In this document: positions 42,360 to 51,313 of the stretch, piece by piece | How positions within the stretch are numbered: position 1 is the first letter of the stretch | How the letters are laid out: every line of letters starts with the position of its first letter | From: Verrucomicrobiia bacterium | GTDB lineage: Bacteria > Verrucomicrobiota > Verrucomicrobiia > JABWAM01 | Length of the DNA stretch: 64,000 bases | NCBI GenBank assembly: GCA_020849895.1 | Contig: JADZFN010000052.1 | Coordinates: 5,797 to 69,796 of the forward strand | Reading direction: 5' to 3' | The notes under the pieces: generated by a model | The model's input: only the letters and a program-made list of their open reading frames with translations | Database searches by the model: none | Told to the model about the DNA's origin: nothing | Translations under genes and position numbers: made by a program

Positions 42360-43505
42360 TTACGCTCCGAACGCGCGGTATACCTCCCGTTCCAACCAGT
42401 CGAGGTCGGCGTCGGTATGCGAGGCGCTGAGGCTGATGCGAAGGCGCGCTTTCCCCCGGGAGACGGCCGGGTAGCGGACCGCCGGCGTCCATCCGCCCCG
42501 CGCCAGAAGCTCTTCCGCAAGCGCAACCGCCTTTCGTTCGTCACCCACTGCCACCGTCACGATCGGCGCCGACGCTTCCCGCCCGAGCGCTGTCGAAACT
42601 CGTGCGAGGGTTTCTCGCAAGCGCCGCCGCGGCGCGGGATCTTCCTCCAGCACCCGGAGCGCCGCCGTGGCGGCGCGGCAGACGGCGGGCGGCAGACCTG
42701 TCGAAAAGATCAGGCTGCGCGCCCGGTTCACCAGGTAATCGCGGAGTTCATGCGCCCCCGCGACGAACCCGCCGACCGACCCCAGCGCCTTGGACAGCGT
42801 GCCCATCGCCACATCCACATCGTCTTCCACTCCAAAATGCTCGGCGCCACCTCGACCGGTCGCGCCGAGCACGCCGGTTGCGTGCGCCTCGTCCACCATG
42901 AACCACGCGCCGTAACGGTGTTTGAGCTCCGCGAGGCGATCGAGCGGGGCGAGGTCTCCGTCCATCGAGAAAACCGATTCGGTGAGGAGGAGGGTCCGGC
43001 CCCCTTTCGCGGCGCACGCCGCCAACAGCTCCCCACAGCGGGCAACGTTGTTGTGGGGAAACACCCTCATCGTCGCGCCGGAAAGCCGCGCCGCGTCCAC
43101 GAGGCAGGCGTGGCAGAGCTTGTCCATCACGATGGAATCCCCTCGGCCGACCAGCGCAGGAATCGTTCCGATCGCGGCGGAGTAACCACTCGAAAAGACG
43201 AGCGCAGCCTCCGTTCTCTTGAAGCGCGCGAGCGCGCCTTCGAGCTCCGCGTAAGCGGGATGATTGCCTCCAAGCAGCCGCGACGCGCTCGCGCCCGAAG
43301 GCGCGGCTTCCCTCGCCGCCGCGAGCGTCCGGGGATGGAACGCCAATCCGAGGTAGTCGTTCGACGCGAAGTTCAGCACTTCGCGCCCTCCGATCCGGAG
43401 GACGCGTCCGCAGGAGGGCGCGACCTCCCGCAGCCGCCGGAGCAACCCCTCCGCATCGAGTTCCGCGAGCGATGCCGTGCAAAACTGTTTCAACGGCGGA
43501 TTCAT
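42360..43505 (-). CDS. bioF: 8-amino-7-oxononanoate synthase-like class II aminotransferase (BioF/Kbl/SPT family)
   Basis: NFASNDYLGL substrate-loop motif, PLP lysine context (GTLSKALGSVGG), ~382 aa. Confidence 0.6.
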   Translation of the reverse strand: MNPPLKQFCTASLAELDAEGLLRRLREVAPSCGRVLRIGGREVLNFASNDYLGLAFHPRTLAAAREAAPSGASASRLLGGNHPAYAELEGALARFKRTEAALVFSSGYSAAIGTIPALVGRGDSIVMDKLCHACLVDAARLSGATMRVFPHNNVARCGELLAACAAKGGRTLLLTESVFSMDGDLAPLDRLAELKHRYGAWFMVDEAHATGVLGATGRGGAEHFGVEDDVDVAMGTLSKALGSVGGFVAGAHELRDYLVNRARSLIFSTGLPPAVCRAATAALRVLEEDPAPRRRLRETLARVSTALGREASAPIVTVAVGDERKAVALAEELLARGGWTPAVRYPAVSRGKARLRISLSASHTDADLDWLEREVYRAFGA

Positions 43506-43567
43506 GTCCGCTTGCGGCGCTGATCCTTCTCGCAAATCTCGACGCGCACGCGAGGCAGTCCCCGCGG

Positions 43568-44146
43568 CTACTTCGCCGGTGCTCGTTCGGGCATCGAAAC
43601 GATCACGGCCCAGGAGTCCACCACGCAACGGAGACCTGCAACTTCACACGCGTGGCGGATCGCGTTCATGAGCGTGACCTTGCGAAGGTCGAGCGTCACC
43701 TTCACCGGAAGTCCGGGAGTGATGAGGTTGATGAAGTTCACGTATTTCTCAGGGGCCTTGCCCTCCTTCTTCGGATTGGCTTTCTCCTTGAAATACTCGC
43801 TGACCGTTTGCCAATCGGCGCCGTCGAACTTCACCTCGTCGAGGACAATATCCTCGAGGCGCTTGCGCGTCACGCCGATCTGCGAGGGGTTTCTCGAACG
43901 CGCCTGAGCGATCATCTGGAGGAAGGTCTGGCTCGGCTTGTGGTCCGGATGCTTCAACAGATACGCCTTGAAGAGCGGCGCCGCCTGGTCGTACTGGCCC
44001 GACCAGAAAAGCCCGCGCGCCTGCTGAAAATCGTGGTTGTCATCCGCGTCGTCTGCCGCACGGACGGCACCCGAGGCAAGCAGGAGGCCGGCCATCGCAA
44101 AGGCGACGCTCCGCCAGAGGCGATTCACCTGCCTACGACGCCTCAT
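43568..44146 (-). CDS. hypothetical exported protein
   Basis: Arg-rich n-region plus hydrophobic signal. Its start overlaps the leuA stop by 4 nt. Confidence 0.4.
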   Translation of the reverse strand: MRRRRQVNRLWRSVAFAMAGLLLASGAVRAADDADDNHDFQQARGLFWSGQYDQAAPLFKAYLLKHPDHKPSQTFLQMIAQARSRNPSQIGVTRKRLEDIVLDEVKFDGADWQTVSEYFKEKANPKKEGKAPEKYVNFINLITPGLPVKVTLDLRKVTLMNAIRHACEVAGLRCVVDSWAVIVSMPERAPAK

Positions 44147-45711
44147 GATCCTGACGCCGCGCGCGCGATTCGCTTCGAGCAGGCGAACGTTCGATTCACC
44201 GCGTTCAGATAGGCGCGGGCGCTGGCTTCGATGATATCCGTCGAAGCCCCTTTGCCCGTCAAGATCAGCCCTTTGCCGAAGTCGGCCTTGATGGTCACCT
44301 CGCCGATGGCGTCCTTGCCGGCCGAAACGGCCCGCAACTGATAGTCCAACAGCTTTCCACGGCGATCCGTGATCCGATCAATCGTCTTCAGCGCTGCGTC
44401 CACAGGTCCGTCTCCGGTCCCCGCATCCTCATAAGACGAAGGCGCGCCACTCGTCCCGGCGCGTTTCTTCAGACGGACCGTGGCCGTCGGGACGAGCCCG
44501 GTTCCCGCAGTGACAGAGAGATAGTCCAGCGACCAGACCTCGGACGCCTCGAACGCTCGCTCGTCCACGAGCGTGCCCAGATCGTCGTCATAGACGAATT
44601 TCTTTTTGTCGCCGAGCGCCTTGAAACGCGCGAACACGGCGTTCAGATCGCGGTCGGTCAGGCGATACCCCAGATGCTTCAAGCGCAACGCCAAGGCGTG
44701 GCGCCCGCTGTGCTTCGTCAGAGGCAGCTCGGTGACGCCCCAGCCGATTTCCTCGGGGTTCATGATCTCGTAAGTCTCCCGCTTTTTCAGGATGCCGTCC
44801 TGATGGATCCCCGCGCTGTGGGCGAAGGCGTTCTCCCCCACGATAGCCTTGTTGCGCTGCACCACGAAGCCGCACATCCGCGACACGAGCCGCGACGTGC
44901 GCATGATCTCGCGCACGTTCACGCCCATCTCCACGGAGGTGAAGGCGTCCCTCCGGGTGCGCAGCGCCATGATCACCTCCTCGAGCGCGGCGTTGCCTGC
45001 GCGCTCGCCGATGCCGTTGATGGTCCCCTCCACCTGGCGGACGCCGTTCTGGACCGCGCTCAGAGAGTTCGCCACCGCCATCCCCAAGTCATCGTGGCAG
45101 TGCGCGCTGAAGACCACATCGCGCGCGCCGCGCGCGTTCGCGATCACGTGGGCGAACATCGCCCCGTATTCCTTCGGCGTGGCGTAGCCCACTGTATCCG
45201 GGATGTTGATGGTCGTCGCCCCCGCCGAAATGGCCGCCTCGACGATCTGCGTCAGAAAATCCAGTTCGGTTCGCGAGCCGTCCTCCGGCGAAAACTGGAC
45301 GTTCCTGCAATATTTCCGGGCGAGCTTCACGCCTTCCACCGCCAACCGCAGGATCTCGTCCCGCGCCTTGCCAAACTTGAACTGGCGATGAATCTTCGAG
45401 GTGCCCAGGAAAACGTGGATCCGCCCCCGTTTGCCGGCGGGCTTGATGGCCCGGGCGGCGGCCTCGATGTCCTTCGGCACGCAACGCGCCAGCCCGGTGA
45501 TGATCGGGCCGCGCACCTCGCGAGCGATGGCGCTCACCGCCTCGAAGTCTCCCTGGCTGATCACGGGAAAGCCGGCTTCGATCACGTCCACGCCGAGGCG
45601 GGCGAGTTGGCGGGCCACCTCCATCTTTTCGCGCAGGTTCATGGAGGCGCCCGGACACTGCTCGCCGTCGCGCAGGGTCGTGTCGTAAATCAGCAATCGT
45701 TCTGAGTTCAT
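44143..45711 (-). CDS. leuA: 2-isopropylmalate synthase (long form with LeuA dimerisation/regulatory domain)
   Basis: DTTLRDGEQ, HCHDDLGMAVANS, and C-terminal LeuA_dimer domain. ATG at 45711. Confidence 0.9.
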   Translation of the reverse strand: MNSERLLIYDTTLRDGEQCPGASMNLREKMEVARQLARLGVDVIEAGFPVISQGDFEAVSAIAREVRGPIITGLARCVPKDIEAAARAIKPAGKRGRIHVFLGTSKIHRQFKFGKARDEILRLAVEGVKLARKYCRNVQFSPEDGSRTELDFLTQIVEAAISAGATTINIPDTVGYATPKEYGAMFAHVIANARGARDVVFSAHCHDDLGMAVANSLSAVQNGVRQVEGTINGIGERAGNAALEEVIMALRTRRDAFTSVEMGVNVREIMRTSRLVSRMCGFVVQRNKAIVGENAFAHSAGIHQDGILKKRETYEIMNPEEIGWGVTELPLTKHSGRHALALRLKHLGYRLTDRDLNAVFARFKALGDKKKFVYDDDLGTLVDERAFEASEVWSLDYLSVTAGTGLVPTATVRLKKRAGTSGAPSSYEDAGTGDGPVDAALKTIDRITDRRGKLLDYQLRAVSAGKDAIGEVTIKADFGKGLILTGKGASTDIIEASARAYLNAVNRTFACSKRIARAASGS

Positions 45712-45773
45712 GAATGAGTTTCGTGAGGCTGAAAGGTTGGGAGATGGTCGCTCCGGCGTCTGCGGGTTTCCAG

Positions 45774-45800
45774 CCAACAAAAAACCCACGGGCCGGTGGG
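45774..45800 (-). terminator. candidate leu attenuator terminator (minus strand)
   Basis: Minus-strand CCCAC-CGGCCC-GUGGG followed by UUUUUUGUUGG. The overlapping alternative hairpin GGCCG-CCCAC-CGGCC could act as antiterminator. Confidence 0.45.
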
Positions 45801-45835
45801 CGGCCAGTGGGTCGGTTCCCCGCTTCGCGTGATCT

Positions 45836-45901
45836 TCAGGCGCGCGACGCGGTCACCCTCCGGCCCGCCAAGGCCAGAAGAAGCGCGCTAGGAAGTCGCA
45901 T
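45836..45901 (-). CDS. candidate leucine leader peptide (MRLPSALLLALAGRRVTASRA)
   Basis: 21 codons with 5 Leu, including a CTT-CTT-CTG run. Lies ~125 nt upstream of leuA and just upstream of the terminator/antiterminator pair. No obvious SD. Confidence 0.3.
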   Translation of the reverse strand: MRLPSALLLALAGRRVTASRA

Positions 45902-46007
45902 CGCAGGGGTTCGGCTCATGGAAAAACCTCTATCCTTTCCCCCGCACGTTGTCAATCCGCGGGATTTTCCGTTGTGCCGCGCGGCGAGGCAGCTAGAATC
46001 CGCGCCC

Positions 46008-46361
46008 GTGTCGGACCAAATTTTCATTGATGGATTGCAGGTGATGACTCATCTCGGCGTCACCTCCGGGGAGCGCGCCTCTCCGCAGATGATCGAAGTC
46101 TCGATCGTCATGGACTGGGACCTGGCGCCGAGCGCACGCACCGAGCGCCTCGCGATGACTCTTGATTACGCCGAGGTGCGGGAACGCGTGATCCGCTGCG
46201 CCCAGGAGCGGTCTCGCGTCCTCGTCGAGACCCTGGCCGAAAACATCGCCCACGAGCTGATCACCGTCTATCGGATGCGTCGCGTTCAGGTCGAGGTGCG
46301 CAAATTCGTCTTCGAACACACTCGCAGCGTCGGAGTGCGCATCGTCCGCGAGTGGCAGTAG
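46008..46361 (+). CDS. folB: dihydroneopterin aldolase
   Basis: Aligns with FolB from its N-terminus (IFIDGLQVMTHLGV…). GTG start at 46008. ~118 aa. Confidence 0.65.
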   Translation: MSDQIFIDGLQVMTHLGVTSGERASPQMIEVSIVMDWDLAPSARTERLAMTLDYAEVRERVIRCAQERSRVLVETLAENIAHELITVYRMRRVQVEVRKFVFEHTRSVGVRIVREWQ

Positions 46362-46433
46362 CCTTTCTTTAGCCTTTTCTTTCGGCTTGTCATCGCGCGG
46401 CGTCCCCACAAGATTCATTCCGCACTCCGACCG

Positions 46434-47198
46434 ATGAACTCGTTCCTGCGCCTCGTTCCTTTCGCCTTGGCGTTCGCGCTGGCCCCCGGATATGTGGAGG
46501 CTGGCGTCGTCTTCACCAAAACCGGTCAAGCGATCCTCGGCGTCCTCGTGGAGAACGAAAGCAGCGTGTCGCTTCAGGTTCCCCATGGCGCGGTCGAATA
46601 CCGCAAGGAAACGCTCCTGTGGTACAGCACCGCACCCGAAGTGGACTCGCTCTTCGCCGCCGCGCGGAAAGCCCGCGCGGAAACCAATGCGGTTGCCGCC
46701 GCCGCCCTCTACGAACTCAGCGTCGCCCAAGAACCCGCCACCAAGGAAGCCGCTTACGCGGAATTGGAGACTTTTCGCGCCGCAGTCGCCGATCAGGCGG
46801 CCGCCACTGCGGCGACCCATGCACCCGCCGCGGCTTCGCTCGTCACCCCCGAAGACAAGATCGCCCAAGGGAAGCGCATGATGGAAGGCGGCAGCAACGT
46901 CCTCGCGAGCACCACGATTGACGTCGGTCTCGCCGCCCAGGCCCACGCCACCGCCCAAAAGAACATCGCCGAAGGCGCCCGTCTCATGGCTGAAGGCCAG
47001 AAGGAACTCGCCGACCAACAGGCGAAAATCGCCGCCGCGACCGCCCAGCAGCAAGAGACCAAGGCCGCCGTGGCTCAAGCCGCCGAGACCGGTTGGACCC
47101 GCGAGGAGAGGCTCGTCAACGGCGCGGTTGCGGTTTTTCTGACTCTCGTCGTTCTCGCTTCCCTCCACGGAATCATCCAGCGCGAACCCAAGATCTGA
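46434..47198 (+). CDS. hypothetical exported Ala-rich coiled-coil protein with C-terminal TM anchor
   Basis: Signal peptide, Ala/Gln-rich heptad-like region, C-terminal hydrophobic helix. Confidence 0.4.
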   Translation: MNSFLRLVPFALAFALAPGYVEAGVVFTKTGQAILGVLVENESSVSLQVPHGAVEYRKETLLWYSTAPEVDSLFAAARKARAETNAVAAAALYELSVAQEPATKEAAYAELETFRAAVADQAAATAATHAPAAASLVTPEDKIAQGKRMMEGGSNVLASTTIDVGLAAQAHATAQKNIAEGARLMAEGQKELADQQAKIAAATAQQQETKAAVAQAAETGWTREERLVNGAVAVFLTLVVLASLHGIIQREPKI

Positions 47199-47214
47199 AG
47201 CTTCCTTTCTTCTC

Positions 47215-47922
47215 ATGCCTCCTCCCACCCAATTCGGCGGCCGCCGTCCGGACCTCCTCCCCAACGAACAAGAGGTTTCTTACGAGAACACGTTGGAATG
47301 GCTTGACCGCCGCAAGAATTGGTTGATCGGACTTTTCGGCGCCGCTCTGCTCGCCATCGTCGGCGTCGTGACGTGGCGCATCCAGACAGCCAAGGGGGAA
47401 GCCGCGGCCGCTGCCGCGTACGCCAACGCGCGATCCATCGAGTCACTCCAGAATCTCGTTCAGCATCACGCCGGCACCCGGGTTGCCGTCTTCGCCGCGA
47501 TGGCGCTCGCCGACCTCTTCTTCCAGCAGGGCGAATGGGACAAGGCGGCGGCGCTCTATCAGGAGGTGCTGCGCGATCACGTCGCCTCCCCTCTTGCCCC
47601 CGCTGCTGCGCTCGGCTTGGGCGCGGTCGAGGAAGCACGAGGAAACAAGGAGGAAGCGTTGCGCTGGTATCGCGGGGTCGCCTCCAACGCCGGCACCTAC
47701 GCAGCGCCTCAGGCCGCCTGCGCCGTCGCTTCGCTCCTCGAACGCGGCGGTCAACTCCTCGAAGCGCGCCAGGCCTACGAGGACGTTGCTGCGCGTTTTC
47801 CCGCTTCCGCCTCGCGCGTCGAAGCCCTGAGCCGTTTGGAACGCCTCAAGGTCCTCCTCCGAAAATCTGCGCCTCCGACGAGCCCCTCTCCTTCATCGCC
47901 GACGGTCCCATCCAAGAAGTGA
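47215..47922 (+). CDS. YfgM-like membrane-anchored tetratricopeptide-repeat protein
   Basis: N-terminal TM helix followed by TPR-like helices. Ser/Pro-rich tail. Confidence 0.45.
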   Translation: MPPPTQFGGRRPDLLPNEQEVSYENTLEWLDRRKNWLIGLFGAALLAIVGVVTWRIQTAKGEAAAAAAYANARSIESLQNLVQHHAGTRVAVFAAMALADLFFQQGEWDKAAALYQEVLRDHVASPLAPAAALGLGAVEEARGNKEEALRWYRGVASNAGTYAAPQAACAVASLLERGGQLLEARQAYEDVAARFPASASRVEALSRLERLKVLLRKSAPPTSPSPSSPTVPSKK

Positions 47923-48017
47923 TCCGTCTTTCGCACGTCTTCCGCTGAGAAAACGTCTCGCACCGGAACCCGTTCCTTCCGTCGCTCGCATCCTCCAGGC
48001 CGTCGGAAAATTCAGCG

Positions 48018-48100
48018 TGCCCGGGGCAGGAATCGAACCTGCACGGCCTTGCGGCCAGGGGATTTTAAGTCCCCTGCGTCTGCCTTTTCGCCACCCGGGC
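48018..48100 (-). tRNA. tRNA-Leu (anticodon UAA)
   Basis: Cloverleaf folded by hand: acceptor GCCCGGG/CCCGGGC, 3-bp D-stem, anticodon stem GGGGA/UCCCC with loop CUUAAAA, 15-nt class-II variable arm (GGCC-GCAA-GGCC), T-arm GCAGG-UUCGAUU-CCUGC. CCA not encoded. Confidence 0.8.
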
Positions 48101-48159
48101 GCGGAAAGACTTTGTTCCCGGTCCGCGGCGGCAACAAGCCGGAAAGAGCGAGGTCCTCC

Positions 48160-48933
48160 TTACGCCATCGCAGTGGCGTAGCGTTCGGCGACAAAGTTCC
48201 AGTTCACCAGGGAACGGAACGCGGCGACATAATCCGCACGGCGATTTTGGTATTTGAGGTAATAGGCGTGTTCCCAGACATCGAGGCCGAGAAGCGGAAC
48301 ATTGCCGCGGGAGATGGAGCTGTCCTGATTGGGTGTGCTCTCGATGAGAAGATTCTTCTGCAGATCGAGGCTCAACCATACCCAACCGCTTCCGAAAAGA
48401 GAGGCCGCCGCCTTGTCGAAGGCTTCGAAGAAGGGATTCAGGCCTCCGAAACTCTTCTCCAAGGCTCGGGCGAGGTCCCCGGAGGGAAGCTGCCCTTTCG
48501 CAGGCGTCAGCATCGTCCAGAAGAGCGAATGGTTGAAATGCCCGCCGCCGTGGTTGCGGACGGCGGCGCGGACATCCTCGGGGACCGCCTCGAGATGGCG
48601 AAGGAGTTCTTCCACGGTCTTCGACTGCAGCTCGGGATGCGCGGCCACCGCCTTGTTGAGGTTGGCGACGTAGGCGGCGTGATGCTTGTCGTGATGGATC
48701 CGCATGGTCCGCGCATCAAAGGCCGGTTCCAGCGCCTCAGCGGGGTATGGGAGCGGCGGGAGAGAGAAAGGGCCCTTCGGCGCCTCGGAGGCTTTCGGTT
48801 CCGGCGCGGAGGGCTTCTTCGGACCCGCAAGCGCCGGCAATGGCAAGGCGCCAGCAGCGGCGGCGGCGCCCACGAGGAGCGCCGTCTTGAGCGTTTGACG
48901 ACGGGTAAAGACCGCAGGGGAGTGGAGATTCAT
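48160..48933 (-). CDS. sodA: Fe/Mn superoxide dismutase with twin-arginine signal peptide
   Basis: SOD motifs (HHDKHH, DVWEHAYY). N-terminal TRRQTLKTALLVGAAAAAG Tat-type signal. Confidence 0.85.
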   Translation of the reverse strand: MNLHSPAVFTRRQTLKTALLVGAAAAAGALPLPALAGPKKPSAPEPKASEAPKGPFSLPPLPYPAEALEPAFDARTMRIHHDKHHAAYVANLNKAVAAHPELQSKTVEELLRHLEAVPEDVRAAVRNHGGGHFNHSLFWTMLTPAKGQLPSGDLARALEKSFGGLNPFFEAFDKAAASLFGSGWVWLSLDLQKNLLIESTPNQDSSISRGNVPLLGLDVWEHAYYLKYQNRRADYVAAFRSLVNWNFVAERYATAMA

Positions 48934-49103
48934 GGATGGAGCATAAACTCATCCAGCCGTTTCGCAACGCATCCGAATCCCGCATGTCTCCTCCGCGAGA
49001 CGCCTTCTCGCAAATCGTTCAGAACGCAAACGGAGGGGCGGAGCGAACCGCGAAATTGCGGGATTGCGCCGGCGAGAAGCCTCGCGGCTATGATGGAGAA
49101 ACT

Positions 49104-50282
49104 ATGGCGCGCTTCTCCGCCTTGATCTGGCTCGCCGCCTTCGCGGCGCCGGCACTCGCCGCGCGCGGCCCGGTCCGCGATTCGGCAACCGCGCGCCCTA
49201 ATATGGTCGTTGTCGCGCCCAACCAAGACTATGCGAACACCGTCGCCCTCGAAGTCGAGCGCGCCGCCGAACGCTTTTATCGCGCTTTCGGGCTTTCCCT
49301 CGTCGAATTGCCCCCCGGACCGACGATCATCATCCAGGTCGGTGAGTCGAGCGCGCGCAAAGACGGCGAAGGAACCCTGACGACGCAGGAATCCGGCGGC
49401 GCGCGCAAAATCCATCTCCTCTGGGGCGAACCACCCTTGAACCGCGACGCCTTGGCGCGCGGCGTCGGACGCGCGCTCGCGCTGCGCCATGCGATCGCAG
49501 ACGGCGCGCCTCGCACTACGGAAGGTGCGCTCGCTTGGGTCCTCGACGGCGCGGCGATGTTCGCGACAGCTCCCGAAACCGTGGAAACCGAAGGCGCACG
49601 CGCGGCGCTTCTCGCCCGTCTCGCGCCGCGGCTGTCGCTCGAAGGGGCCTTGGGCCTCCTGGAGGGACAAGCGCTCGACACAGCCGCGCGACGCGGGTTG
49701 GCTGGAGCGCTCCTCGCCGACGCGAGCGCGGGCCCCGGCGCGCGGCGGCGTCTCCTCGCGTCGTTGGCGGCGTTCGCTGTGGACCCCGCAGCGTCCCTCG
49801 CGGAAGTGACGGGGCGCAGCGACGCGGCGGAGTGGTGGTCGGAATGGTGGCGCGCGCAGTCGGTCCGCCTCCCGCCGCAGCGACTCGGAGGGAAGCTCAC
49901 CCTCCTCTGGATTCTCGCTCGCGAAAAAAACACTGACGCCAATGTCGCCGGCGAGCAGGATCTCGCTCCGGTCGCCAGCCCGTGGTTCGAGCCCTGGTTC
50001 GTCGCTCCGCCTTCGATCGAGGCGGATGCCCTTGCCGCGATCCGCGTTGCGATCGCGCGGCGGCGCGCCGAGGCCATGGAGTGGTTCCGCGCAGTCGCAG
50101 GCGAAGAATACGCGTCGCGCGAAGAATGGCTGGCTGAAGGCCTCCGGAGGGCGGCTTCGGATTCCATCGCTTCCGGAAGCGGACCCGCCCTCCAATGGTT
50201 TCATGGCTTGAGGGCGCCTCCGCGAGCGCCGGCGACCCGCGCGCCTTCCCGAAAAACCGAACGCCGCCTGAATCAAGATTAA
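49104..50282 (+). CDS. hypothetical exported protein
   Basis: Signal peptide (MARFSALIWLAAFAAPALAA). Ala/Arg-rich. Start chosen to leave a divergent promoter region with sod. Confidence 0.35.
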   Translation: MARFSALIWLAAFAAPALAARGPVRDSATARPNMVVVAPNQDYANTVALEVERAAERFYRAFGLSLVELPPGPTIIIQVGESSARKDGEGTLTTQESGGARKIHLLWGEPPLNRDALARGVGRALALRHAIADGAPRTTEGALAWVLDGAAMFATAPETVETEGARAALLARLAPRLSLEGALGLLEGQALDTAARRGLAGALLADASAGPGARRRLLASLAAFAVDPAASLAEVTGRSDAAEWWSEWWRAQSVRLPPQRLGGKLTLLWILAREKNTDANVAGEQDLAPVASPWFEPWFVAPPSIEADALAAIRVAIARRRAEAMEWFRAVAGEEYASREEWLAEGLRRAASDSIASGSGPALQWFHGLRAPPRAPATRAPSRKTERRLNQD

Positions 50283-50327
50283 ATTGTCTTTTACTTTCAT
50301 CGTGATGCCATTATAAAGGCAAACGCT

Positions 50328-50402
50328 GCGCGCTTAGCTCAGGGGTAGAGCGCCTGCTTCACACGCAGGAGGTCGCAGGTTCGAAACCTGCAGCGCGCAC
50401 CA
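50328..50402 (+). tRNA. tRNA-Val (anticodon CAC), CCA encoded
   Basis: Cloverleaf: acceptor GCGCGCU/AGCGCGC, D-arm GCUC-AGGGGUA-GAGC, anticodon arm CCUGC-UUCACAC-GCAGG, T-arm GCAGG-UUCGAAA-CCUGC, A73, CCA. Confidence 0.85.
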
Positions 50403-50419
50403 TGATTTCCCCGACGACC

Positions 50420-51310
50420 ATGAACCTCACCACCCTGAAAATCTTCCGCGACCTCGTCGAGACGCGCAGCTTCTCGAAGGCGGCCGCGCTCAACTCGGTC
50501 ACCCAGTCCGCGGTCAGCCAGCAGGTCGCCAATCTCGAGCGCCGCCTCAAGTGCCTCCTCGTCGAGCGGGGGCACCGCGATTTCGGGCTCACTCCCGAGG
50601 GGCGGCGCTTTTACGACGGTTGCAAGACGCTCACCGGCCAGTTCGAGAAGATGATGGCGGAGCTTCAGGAGATGAGCCAGCGCGTGAGCGGCGCGGTTCG
50701 CATCTCGACCATCTACAGCATCGGGCTCCACGAACTTCCGCCCTACATCAAGCAATACCTGCGCCAGTATCCGCTCGTGAACGTTCATGTGGAATACCGG
50801 CGTTCCATGCAGGTGTATGAGGACGTGCTCCAGAACGTCGCGGATCTAGGGCTGGTCGCCTTCCCCGAACGTCGTGCGCACCTGGAGACGCGACCGTTCC
50901 GCCGCGACCGCCTCGTGGTGATCTGCCACCCCGACCATCCGCTCGGCGCTTCTTCCTCGATCCCCATCCGCCGCATCGTGGGACACAAGCTCGTCGGCTT
51001 CGATCCCGACGTCCCGACGCGCAAAGCCCTCGACGCCATCTTCCGCCGCCACCAGATCAAGATGCAGCAGGTGATGGACTTCGACAACGTGGAGACCCTC
51101 AAGCGCGCGGTGGAAATCGACATGGGGATCTCCCTCGTGCCGCTTTCGACAGTGACTCAGGAGGTGAAAAACCACACGCTCCGCGTAGTGGAATTCACCG
51201 ACGAACAAATCTTCCGCCCCTTGGGGCTTCTCGCCCGGCGCGGACGCGTCTTCTCGCCGGCGATCAAGGCGTTCCTGAGGACCCTCGAGGAAGAGCCTCG
51301 CACGAACTGA
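50420..51310 (+). CDS. LysR-family transcriptional regulator
   Basis: N-terminal wHTH (LKIFRDLVETRSFSKAAALNSVTQSAVSQQV) plus LysR substrate-binding domain. The first in-frame ATG at 50402 overlaps the tRNA CCA end by one nucleotide, so 50420 is preferred. Confidence 0.8.
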   Translation: MNLTTLKIFRDLVETRSFSKAAALNSVTQSAVSQQVANLERRLKCLLVERGHRDFGLTPEGRRFYDGCKTLTGQFEKMMAELQEMSQRVSGAVRISTIYSIGLHELPPYIKQYLRQYPLVNVHVEYRRSMQVYEDVLQNVADLGLVAFPERRAHLETRPFRRDRLVVICHPDHPLGASSSIPIRRIVGHKLVGFDPDVPTRKALDAIFRRHQIKMQQVMDFDNVETLKRAVEIDMGISLVPLSTVTQEVKNHTLRVVEFTDEQIFRPLGLLARRGRVFSPAIKAFLRTLEEEPRTN

Positions 51311-51313
51311 CGT

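Noticed and set aside
47923-48017. TPP riboswitch suggested by a CTGAGA hexamer at 47945
   Set aside because: Downstream ACCUGAUCUGGAUAAUGCCAGCG-type region absent. The hexamer alone is not informative.
50402-50419. LysR start at the first in-frame ATG (50402) overlapping the tRNA-Val CCA end
   Set aside because: The second ATG (MNLTTLKIF) aligns with LysR N-termini and avoids overlap with the tRNA.
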